Of a stretch of DNA of 64,000 nucleotides, positions 9,380 through 18,308 are shown piece after piece (the stretch's first letter is position 1; every line of letters starts with the position of its first letter). Under the pieces are notes generated by a model. It did not search any database and had not been told where the DNA came from. It was given only the letters and a program-made list of their open reading frames with translations. The translations under genes were made by a program, and so were the position numbers. Source of the stretch: Giardia intestinalis (taxonomy: Eukaryota); the NCBI GenBank assembly GCA_000002435.2, contig CM018792.1. One strand, 5' to 3'.

Positions 9380-12250
9380 TAGAAGGCTCTCCCAATAAGG
9401 ACGAAAAGAGCGGTGGTAGAAATATTACTTTGACACTTTCTGCAAAGACAAACCATACTTGTGTCACAGCTCTCATAAGAGCTGCAAATAGGGGAGAGTG
9501 GAAGCAGCAAGACTCCCGGCCCCCCTCCACGAAGGAGGCCAGGAGCCAGGGAGGGCTGACGCCGGAAGACAGCGGAGGCGCTTTGCATCAGCATCGCCAG
9601 GCCAACTGGGCTCTGTCAGCAGCACCAGGAACGGAGCGCCACAGGGCCATGGTAAGGGCACGGGGTCGCGAGCATGGGAGAAGCACTCTGCCCAGCGCCT
9701 GCTTGCTTGGTAGGACCGGGCGCCAGAGGGGCATGTTGCCATCGGGGTATCTCTGCCACTAATGCGCAGCGCATTGGAACACGTGCCTGGGGCCGCATCC
9801 CCTCGGCTGGACAGACAGCAGCTAGACTCGACGTGCAGATGGAAGCCGTGATAGCGGACGCCGTCTCCCGGAGCAGCGCCCCCGCACAGGGCCGGCTATG
9901 CCGCGCCAGCTCGCTCGACAAGGAGCACGGGGGTCCTTGCGACGCCCTCCACCCTTTGCTGTGTTACAGGTACCCATGGCCACGAGCAGCACAGGGGACA
10001 GCGGCGTATGTGGGCAGGGTAGCGTATTCATGGAAGGGGCAGCTGCCCCACCGACGACCACTCCCGCCCTGTGCTTGCCACAATGGGAGGGCACGTGCGC
10101 CCGTAGACCGGCAGATGCCGTGCTGGTCCTCTCGAGCAATATGCGCATCCCTGCGTGACGTCCAGCGTGGACCAGATACCACGACCTGGGCCATCGCTAC
10201 TGGCAAGGCAAGTGCTGGTTGCAGCAGGGACGCCCGCCGCCCTCCAAGATAGACCAGCGACCTGCGCACCAGCTGCTATGGGCCTAACCTGCCGGGAACC
10301 TGGATCACAGCGCACTTGTCAAGGCCGCACACTCATTTGCATACTCGCCGCTAGCGTTGGACAACTGCGAGGTGTCCGTCTCCGGCCGCGCTCGCCTTAG
10401 TGTTTGGTCCATGGTGATACGCCTCAGCCGAGGAGGCTATCCGTACGCGGCAGTTCCCGGAGAGAAGGCAGGGGTGGCCGGCGGGCCTGGGAGATAGGAT
10501 TAGCACTAGCGAGTCCAGCCATCGGCCCGGGTTGCACAAAGGACGCCTGTAGTGCCTCCCCGGCTTCTGAGCATGGAAGGGCTGTGGGGTCTGCAGATGA
10601 GACGGACGCTGCCTTTTGATTTTATGTGTTTGTAGCAGCATAGTATTTATCGGGGTCTGCTCTGTCTGAAACCGAGAACATTCGCTTTCTTTCCTTATAC
10701 AGGCTGGGATCGATTGTAGAGGTGTGCTGTGCAAACCGGTGGCGGTCAGCGTATCTACTATCCAAACAGATACTGCCTGCGTCCTCCTGTGGCAGACCAC
10801 CACCAGGACCCAATCTACACAGCTGCTCTGGCATCTGTCGGACAATCATCACCTCCAGCCGAAGGATTGCTGTACGTCACATATCTTGAGTCGTCCATCG
10901 ACCAGGTGGTGCCATAAGCTCTTGTCCCCTACGTGTCCACCCGATGCTTACTCTGAGCGCCGCCAGTTGCACTCACGTCTGCACTACTCATCTGGATGCC
11001 CCCACTCTTCAAGAGCACATGCCCGCAACCGATGCTCCGTATTACGAGAGGAGCCAGCCGGATCACTGCGCCGTGCATAGCTCTCATAGGCGTGTTGCTA
11101 TGCGCGTCCCAGCCGTTCCACCCGTAAGCTGTCACGCGTTCACATGTGCGCCAGTGCCACCGAGCTTTCGTGGTCTCGAGGGGCCCCTGATGCATGGAGC
11201 GCTTGCGCAAAGTCCTTCCACCACTGACCCAAGCCTACCCCTCGCAAGATCCTTAGCGGAGTTGCATCCGAGATGTGTGCCTGCGTTGCTGTCCAGGTGC
11301 ATGTGCCGGCCCTGGTGCTTCCCACAAGCTTGCGAGCATCGAGCTGGCCTCTACCGAACCGTATCAGAAGTCAACACCAGGATGTAGTCCCCTCGGTTGG
11401 GCTCTGCAGGCTTCCAGAGCTACGCATCAAAAGGCCGTTCTTCTTTGCGTCGTGTAACGTAGGAAAATGCATCGAGCTACTACGCCCTCTCTGTGTGGCG
11501 TGGTTTACAACGGGGGACGAGATCCCTGTGCTCATGTCTATCTGCCCAGGACCAGCCGCAGCCCGGGTTGAGGATGACAAGCGAGCATCACCTGGCTCCT
11601 TGTCAGCAGGTGGGAGATCCAGCCACCCTAGTGCCCACAGCAAAGGGTGCCGATCACTGGCAGAAGGACAAGACACCCAGGCCCCGTTCCTTCCACTGAT
11701 GGTATCTAATAAGAGACTCCTTTGTCGCCTGCACCAACAACCTCAGGCACTGTGGGTCAGAGCGCCTCCATAGTGGACAGCGGTAGCACTATGATGATCT
11801 GGGGTGATGGGAGGGCTGGCTGCCTTCTGAACCCCACCTGGCACCTTGTTATGCGATGGGGAACCTTAGTAGCATTTAGTACGCGAGATCAGAGCTATGC
11901 ACACACCAGGCGAGAGCGTCTCATGGGCTTGCCTCCGTTGGTCCACACTTCCACGGATCCGGTATCTCCTCCAAAAACTGCGAGGATCCGCTTTTGGGTG
12001 CTATCTGCCGGGTAGCCGGGCCAGTAGGTGTCGTCTGAGGGAGGACGCCACAGGGACAGAGAGAACACCGGCGCACAGGGGTTTGCAAGGGGTCGACCCG
12101 CGCAGGGAAGGCACAAGGCCCAGCTCTCCGAGGATGTAGAGACACCGGAAGAGGGGCTAGCTAGAGGCTGCAGGCACGCGGGTGGTCCCGTGCCTATTCA
12201 TGGACTTTCTGTTTCCCTGCGTGGTGGGCTGAGTATCACAGGCTACACGT
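9380..12250. other. GC-rich (roughly 60-65% GC by eye), stop-codon-poor, apparently non-coding block; all six frames are tiled by short overlapping ORFs and no frame carries a long conserved-looking protein
   Basis: Composition shifts abruptly after the 9153-9380 spacer. The ORF track shows dozens of 60-190-aa overlapping ORFs on both strands, typical of high-GC non-coding or degenerate sequence. It sits directly 3' of the large VSP gene. Confidence 0.5.
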
Positions 12251-12259
12251 AGTGGATGC

Positions 12260-12266
12260 GTTTACT
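12260..12266 (-). promoter_or_regulatory. Giardia-type polyadenylation signal AGTAAAC 11-17 nt downstream of the VSP stop codon
   Basis: Reverse complement of gtttact at 12260-12266. The Giardia consensus is AGTRAAY. The same signal lies in a conserved 3' flank after the second VSP. Confidence 0.55.
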
Positions 12267-12276
12267 ACCTAAGTAT

Positions 12277-14805
12277 CTATGCTTTTCCTCTACAGAGGAA
12301 CCACCAGCAGAGGAAGCCCACAAGACCCCCGACTACAACGATGACAGCCACAGAGATGCCCGCTATGGCGCCTGTGCTGAGGCCGCTCTTGTTGACGCTT
12401 CCGCCGGTACTGTCGCCATCTTTCATGAGATAGCAGAGGACGGAACCTTTATTGTTGGGCGGAGGGGCGCAGTTTAAGCAGTCCTTGACACCGGTAATAT
12501 CACCGTTGCTGTTTTCGCAAGATGTGCAGGCGCCTTCTAATGCGGTCTTGTAGTATCCTGTGGCACACGTCGTGCAGGTGTTTGCAGTATTGGCGGCTGA
12601 GCATGTCTTGCAAGTAGGATCGCACGAGGGACAGGTTCCAGCACCGTCCGGACCAAGACTATTGGTGCATGTCTGGCATTTTCCTTTGTTATCAGTTAGT
12701 GCACATACCTGCTTGCCAGGCTGTCTCGTTGTTTCATAGCACCCGCCCTCCTGGATGAAGTATCCGGCGGCGCAGACCGTGCAAGCACCGTTAGCGGCAG
12801 TGGTGCAGAACCGAGTCCTGGCCGCATTGCTTGTGCAGACGCCATTGAGCGGCACGTTGCTCCCCTTGCACTTCGAGCAGTACTTGGTACCTCCAATTGT
12901 TAGGCCGCACGTCTCGCACTCCGGGCCCTCCACGCATTGCTCCACGCACTGGCCGCCCTCATTAAGCTTGGTCTCGTCGGCGTACCTCAGCATCTTCCCG
13001 GCGGGGCAGGCCGTGCACTTGGAAGCGCCGGCCCCGCTGCACTCCGCACAGGAGGGGTCGCAGGGCGCGCACGTTTGCCCGGATAGATACGTTCCGGCCG
13101 GACAAGACCCCAAGCAAGCGTTCTTCTCTGGAGTGAGGAAGTAGTTACTTTGGCACTTTGTGCACTTCTGCTTGTCCTCCGAGCACACCTCGCAGTTGGG
13201 GAGATTGCAGCCAGCAGGCGCGACCTCGTCGCACGTGTTCCGGCCCTCGTTCTTCTGGGTCCCGTCGGGGCACTCGGCGTAGCAGCCGCCCTTGTAGAGG
13301 TAGTGCGCGTTCGTACAGGCCGTGCACGTCCCTGCCTTATCGTTTGTACCGACCGTGCACATGCCCGCGTCCGTCTTCGCCTTGCACTCCCCATTCACCG
13401 GGACCTTGTCCCCTGTGCACTTGGAGCAGAAGGTCTGGCCCCCGATTTCCACGTTGCAGCTGTCGGCGGCGCAGTTTGTCGCGCCGGGGTTTGCGGCGGC
13501 GCACGGCGTTGGGCCAGCAGGCGCGACCTCGTCGCACGTGTTCCGGCCCTCGTTCTTCTGGGTCCCGTCGGGGCACTCGGCGTAGCAGCCGCCCTTGTAG
13601 AGGTAGTGCGCGTTCGTACAGGCCGTGCACGTCCCTGCCTTATCGTTTGTACCGACCGTGCACATGCCCGCGTCCGTCTTCGCCTTGCACTCCCCATTCA
13701 CCGGGACCTTGTCCCCTGTGCACTTGGAGCAGAAGGTCTGGCCCCCGATTTCCACGTTGCAGCTGTCGGCGGCGCAGTTTGTCGCGCCGGGGTTTGCGGC
13801 GGCGCACGGCGTTGGGCCAGCAGGCGCGACCTCGTCGCACGTGTTCCGGCCCTCGTTCTTCTGGGTCCCGTCGGGGCACTCGGCGTAGCAGCCGCCCTTG
13901 TAGAGGTAGTGCGCGTTCGTACAGGCCGTGCACGTCCCTGCCTTATCGTTTGTACCGACCGTGCACATGCCCGCGTCCGTCTTCGCCTTGCACTCCCCAT
14001 TCACCGGGACCTTGTCCCCTGTGCACTTGGAGCAGAAGGTCTGGCCCCCGATTTCCACGTTGCAGCTGTCGGCGGCGCAGTTTGTCGCGCCGGGGTTTGC
14101 GGCGGCGCACGGCGTTGGGCCAGCAGGCGCGACCTCGTCGCACGTGTTCCGGCCCTCGTTCTTCTGGGTCCCGTCGGGGCACTCGGCGTAGCAGCCGCCC
14201 TTGTAGAGGTAGTGCGCGTTCGTACAGGCCGTGCACGTCCCTGCCTTATCGTTTGTACCGACCGTGCACATGCCCGCGTCCGTCTTCGCCTTGCACTCCC
14301 CATTCACCGGGACCTTGTCCCCTGTGCACTTGGAGCAGAAGGTCTGGCCCCCGATTTCCACGTTGCAGCTGTCGGCGGCGCAGTTTGTCGCGCCGGGGTT
14401 TGCGGCGGCGCACGGCGTTGGGCCAGCAGGCGCGACCTCGTCGCACGTGTTCCGGCCCTCGTTCTTCTGGGTCCCGTCGGGGCACTCGGCGTAGCAGCCG
14501 CCCTTGTAGAGGTAGTGCGCGTTCGTACAGGCCGTGCACGTCCCTGCCTTATCGTTTGTACCGACCGTGCACATGCCCGCGTCCGTCTTCGCCTTGCACT
14601 CCCCATTCACCGGGACCTTGTCCCCTGTGCACTTGGAGCAGAAGGTCTGGCCCCCGATTTCCACGTTGCAGCTGTCGGCGGCGCAGTTTGTCGCGCCGGG
14701 GTTTGCGGCGGCGCACGGCGTTGGGTTTGTCTTTGCTTTACTTGCTGTTTGCGACGCCAAGGCCATTTGCAGGGCCAAGCTTACAAAAATAAGCTTATCG
14801 AACAT
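12277..14805 (-). CDS. Variant-specific surface protein (VSP) containing five identical 101-aa tandem repeats
   Basis: 842-aa ORF with ATG at 14803-14805. Signal peptide MFDKLIFVSLALQMALA, many CXXC motifs, GGCY motifs (YKGGCYAECP), a C-terminal TM ([26 protein letters not shown]) and the invariant CRGKA tail, followed by a TAG stop. Confidence 0.92.
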   Translation of the reverse strand: MFDKLIFVSLALQMALASQTASKAKTNPTPCAAANPGATNCAADSCNVEIGGQTFCSKCTGDKVPVNGECKAKTDAGMCTVGTNDKAGTCTACTNAHYLYKGGCYAECPDGTQKNEGRNTCDEVAPAGPTPCAAANPGATNCAADSCNVEIGGQTFCSKCTGDKVPVNGECKAKTDAGMCTVGTNDKAGTCTACTNAHYLYKGGCYAECPDGTQKNEGRNTCDEVAPAGPTPCAAANPGATNCAADSCNVEIGGQTFCSKCTGDKVPVNGECKAKTDAGMCTVGTNDKAGTCTACTNAHYLYKGGCYAECPDGTQKNEGRNTCDEVAPAGPTPCAAANPGATNCAADSCNVEIGGQTFCSKCTGDKVPVNGECKAKTDAGMCTVGTNDKAGTCTACTNAHYLYKGGCYAECPDGTQKNEGRNTCDEVAPAGPTPCAAANPGATNCAADSCNVEIGGQTFCSKCTGDKVPVNGECKAKTDAGMCTVGTNDKAGTCTACTNAHYLYKGGCYAECPDGTQKNEGRNTCDEVAPAGCNLPNCEVCSEDKQKCTKCQSNYFLTPEKNACLGSCPAGTYLSGQTCAPCDPSCAECSGAGASKCTACPAGKMLRYADETKLNEGGQCVEQCVEGPECETCGLTIGGTKYCSKCKGSNVPLNGVCTSNAARTRFCTTAANGACTVCAAGYFIQEGGCYETTRQPGKQVCALTDNKGKCQTCTNSLGPDGAGTCPSCDPTCKTCSAANTANTCTTCATGYYKTALEGACTSCENSNGDITGVKDCLNCAPPPNNKGSVLCYLMKDGDSTGGSVNKSGLSTGAIAGISVAVIVVVGGLVGFLCWWFLCRGKA
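13211..14725. repeat. Tandem array of five 303-bp repeats (each one 101-aa Cys-rich VSP unit), essentially 100% identical at nucleotide level
   Basis: Period of 303 bp is visible directly (for example gccagcaggcgcgacctcgtcgcacg recurs at 13211, 13514, 13817, 14120, 14423). Antisense and out-of-frame ORFs in the track are letter-for-letter identical across copies. Confidence 0.92.
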
Positions 14806-15399
14806 TGGGCCAGCGCTCGGGCAATAGCCATTTAGAAAGCAAGTTTCTTGAGAATTACGCCATGAAATGATGAAGATGGTATGATATTTGTTGTCGATAC
14901 CAGGAGTGTGGCTTTCATCGACAAAGGGTGCCTAGATCAGTGTTCAGGAGAATAATAGAATCACATGCTGTCATCTACAGTATTTGGTGCAGAGAGGAAA
15001 GTGGAGGAGCTCAGATGAGAGTAAGTATGCAGCTAGAGGTACGCTATTATCAGTGACTGTTTGTTATGAAAGGAATAAGCAGGCCACGGTGGAGGCCGCC
15101 GCCATGGGCCTGACGATCAGGAGCGACAACTGCAAGTCCACCATGGCGGGCGAGGAGGTGACCTTTCTCAACCACCCGGCGTCCCCCACTCCAGCAAGCC
15201 TTGCCCCAAAGGCCATCGCAGGTGCTGAGACTGCCCCCATAACCATCCACCAGAAGCTCATCCTGATGTCACTCTGTGTGGTCCCGATGGTGAACCACGC
15301 CCCCCTGGTCGAGATAGCATCGGACAAGGCGGACTACGAGGAGCTCGACAGACATCGCACAAGGCTTCAGCACTAACCAGCAGAAGCTGCGATCGCCTG

Positions 15400-16330
15400 G
15401 TCGACTTCCTGGCGTACCCGAAGGAGAAGGGCGGCCCGGGCCTGCTCATGCCGGGGCTCTACCACGACGAGCTGCGGAGGGCATGGGCCTCCCTGGACGT
15501 CAACAAGGGGACCAGAGACCCGGTGGAGCTGCCGGTGGACGGCCAGGCACTGCAGGGGAAGGGGACCTACTTCAACCGCCTCCTCACGCGCACACACCAG
15601 CTTCCGGACAGAGCGGCGGCGTACTGTCTGCAGATGTGCGGCGTGCTGACCGAGGAGGAAAGGGCCCTGAAGCAGAGAGATGGCTCGATCATGGCGCAGA
15701 CAAGAGGCACCTGCCCGGGCTGCCACACGGCAGACCCTCGACCGCGACATGAACTGCCCGAAAGCGGCGTGGACCAGGACCACGAGGCACGACATGATCG
15801 TCACGTGCCTGTACCTCCGCGTCTCGGGGAAGTTCAACGCAGACCTGGAGGTCAAGACCCACAGCCACCTCAGCGACCAGAACCAGAAGCCCGACATCTG
15901 GCTCGTCGACAAGTGCAAGGCGATAGATGTGGGCGTCATCCAGCCCCGCCAGATGGATGCCTACTACAACGAGAAGGTCAAGAAGTACAGGGACGAGACA
16001 GACGGATCCCTCCACCCCAGTCCAAGAGGCGCCTCGAGGAGCTCCACGTGGACGTCGAGAAGCTCTCCGTCCGGGCTGCCTTCGCCATCGCCCACATGGC
16101 TGCAGAGGCGAACGAGCACCTGACGAAGCTGATCAGACGGGCCGGGCCGAAAGCCTGGTCACCCAGAGCGACCGTCTCCTGTCATCCTACTTCTGACAAC
16201 CGAATGAGTCCATCCCCGGGACCCGACGACAACGATCGAGAAGGGGCCCAAGACTGGACACGCAGTCGAGTGGAATCCCAACCAGGAGAGAACGCCCCGT
16301 TAGCTGCTGCTGATCTGTATGGACAGTATT
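15400..16330 (+). mobile_element. Frameshifted remnant of the C-terminal CCHC / REL-endonuclease domain of a site-specific non-LTR retrotransposon (GilM/GilT/GilD-like), 5'-truncated
   Basis: Three overlapping + strand ORFs in different frames (15448-16332, 15483-15752, 15680-16123) together read like one interrupted coding region. Frame 2 carries KPDIWLVDKCKAIDVGVI (15887-15943), matching the (K/R)PD-x11-15-(V/I)D(V/I) motif of REL endonucleases in R2/NeSL/CRE/Gil elements. A Cys/His cluster (CPGC ... CPKAAWTRTTRHDMIVTC) lies just upstream. Surrounding sequence is GC-rich with no intact ORF. Confidence 0.4.
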
Positions 16331-17374
16331 GAGAATGACAACAAAGACCTGAGCTTCACTCACCGTGAAGGGAGAACAAGAAGAGGCACCCTAGTAGACC
16401 AGCGAGCCTGCAGGACGGCTTGGTCTCTGAAAGAACCGATGTGCACACCTAGACCGAGCACACACCCGCAGAACAGCCGAGGAACGCAGTTAGCTCCTCC
16501 CTTCCACTACTGTGGTCATTATCATATTCCATAGCCAACCCTCGTCTCCGGACATCGCCAAAAATTGAGCGGGAATTTACTCGCGAGATTTGCGGACAGC
16601 GCCCGCAGGCGAGGGCCCCAGCAGCACACCACTCAGTCAGGGGACACGACACGATCGTCGGTGCCTTTGTCTCAGGAGTGCAACGAAGGCTGGAGATCAG
16701 ACACATCCACCTTAGCAAACAGAGCGGGGATCACCCACCGCCCCAATGGCCCACCGGACCAGGGACACATACAACACCGCCCCCCGGTCCCACCAGCCTC
16801 ACCGCCCCACCAACCCCGCCTCACCCACTAGCTGGCCCACTGAGACCTGCGTGACCGCGACTGTGGGAGCGCTGACCCAGAACCACAGCCGGACGGACAC
16901 CGAGGGCCCAGCCAGTGGAGCCAGAGAGATGGCGAGAGAAGATCTGCTTACTCACAGGGGAAGCAGCGACCGAGAACAAATAACGATGCTCCTTATAGCG
17001 AGCCAGAGACCTAATAGCTGCTGTCGTCGAGACAAATGAAAGCATTGTTAAAAAGATAGTAACAACCCATATCTACCATCCACCATGAAGAAAGACCATG
17101 AAGCGAGGCACTACTCACAGACTACATGTGCTGGTGAGTAAGCTGACTCCTAGACTGAACGACGCGCACGCACAGTCTGAGCACACGCCCACAGAGCGAC
17201 CGAAGAAGGCACCAGAGTCTGGATGTATCACTGAAAAGGACTCTCTCGTTATGCTATCCATGACCAACAGTCGTCTCCGGACTGACCAGGAAGGAGCGGG
17301 TCCACCCGCACGATCTCTGGACCACGCTCAGATAGCCCCAGCAGCATAGTACAATAAGCAATATACGGTGACGC

Positions 17375-17381
17375 GTTTACT
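17375..17381 (-). promoter_or_regulatory. Polyadenylation signal AGTAAAC 9 nt downstream of the mini-VSP stop, within a 3' flank conserved with the large VSP (gcgtttactacctaagt)
   Basis: Direct comparison of 12255-12280 with 17370-17392. Confidence 0.55.
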
Positions 17382-17389
17382 ACCTAAGT

Positions 17390-17896
17390 CTACGCCTTTC
17401 CACGGCAGAGGAACCACCAGCAAAGGAATCCGACAAGACCACCTACAACAACAATCACAGCCACAGCAATCCCCGCGATGGCGCCGGTGGAGAGCTCGCT
17501 CTTGTTGACGCTAGAAGACACGCACTCGCTACCATTACTTGGAACAAATCCGTCGTTACACTCTGTGCACGTACCGTCGGGACATGACTTGCAGTTAGGG
17601 AGATTGCAATCAGGGGTGGGGACTCCGTCGCACGTGTTAGTCTCAGGATTTGGGGTTCCCTGAGGGCACGCGGCGTAGCATCCTCCGCTGTAGAGGTAGT
17701 GCCCCTCCCCACACAACTGGCACGCCCCGTTGATCGGGACGTTGTTTGGCTCGCATTTTGTGCAAACCTCTGTAGGAGAACCATTCATATTGACATCTAG
17801 ACAGTTATCTCCAGATGCACAATTTTGAGAGTTGGTGCACGATTTTGGATCGGCAAGCGCCAAGTAAGCGAATGCTAAACCTACCAAGTACAACAT
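17390..17896 (-). CDS. Mini variant-specific surface protein (about 168 aa from the first ATG) equal to roughly a single Cys-rich unit plus TM-CRGKA tail
   Basis: The track ORF starts at a GTG (17915-17917). The first ATG is at 17894-17896, giving signal peptide [19 protein letters not shown] motifs (CTKC, CQLC, CKSC, CTEC), GGCY ([10 protein letters not shown]) and a C-terminal region [38 protein letters not shown] nearly identical to the neighbouring VSP. TAG stop, then AGTAAAC at 17375-17381 (minus). Confidence 0.8.
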   Translation of the reverse strand: MLYLVGLAFAYLALADPKSCTNSQNCASGDNCLDVNMNGSPTEVCTKCEPNNVPINGACQLCGEGHYLYSGGCYAACPQGTPNPETNTCDGVPTPDCNLPNCKSCPDGTCTECNDGFVPSNGSECVSSSVNKSELSTGAIAGIAVAVIVVVGGLVGFLCWWFLCRGKA

Positions 17897-18308
17897 TGCC
17901 CGTCGAATCACGCTCACACTAAGGGGCGATCAGATAGTAGTGGAAGCCGCCTCCACCGGGCCGCACGCATCCTTCAGCGTATCGCTGTGAGCACGCCGCA
18001 GTGTAGAACAAGAAGGCACTGGTGCTTTTCTGCGGTACCCAAGGACTGACAGCTGACTGGTGCCCTACTCAAGAGCATCCTATCGAGGCCATCTGTTGCA
18101 GGCGGGCGTGGCTTGTGTACCGTTAAAGCCGCCATAAAGCCGCACCTCACAGATTTCAGAAAGTATGCCTCACACTCCCTGTCTTCTGTGGTGTAGATGC
18201 CATTGGTATTTTCACACACTCCTCCCACGCGGCCACCGGCGCACAGGTTTTTACGTCAAAGCGAGTAAAGGATTTGTTTCCAAGGCAAGAGTAATTCAAT
18301 TAGTTCCC

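Noticed and set aside
9482-9490. Single TAGGG-like motif (Giardia telomere repeat unit)
   Set aside because: Isolated occurrence, no tandem array.
9380-12250. Possibility that the GC-rich block is rDNA (Giardia rRNA genes are very GC-rich)
   Set aside because: No match by eye to the Giardia SSU 5' end (CATCCGGTCGATCCTGCCGG) or other conserved rRNA cores. Left unassigned.
13211-14725. Regularly spaced identical repeats, considered as CRISPR-like
   Set aside because: Eukaryotic context, 303-bp period with no spacers, and the repeats are in-frame protein-coding VSP units.
13150-14835. Long + strand ORFs (561 aa, 544 aa) and many identical 87-100-aa ORFs on both strands inside the VSP repeat array
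   Set aside because: They are antisense or out-of-frame read-through artefacts of a GC-rich, perfectly repeated coding sequence. The minus-strand VSP frame is the only one with signal peptide, CXXC/GGCY motifs and the CRGKA tail.
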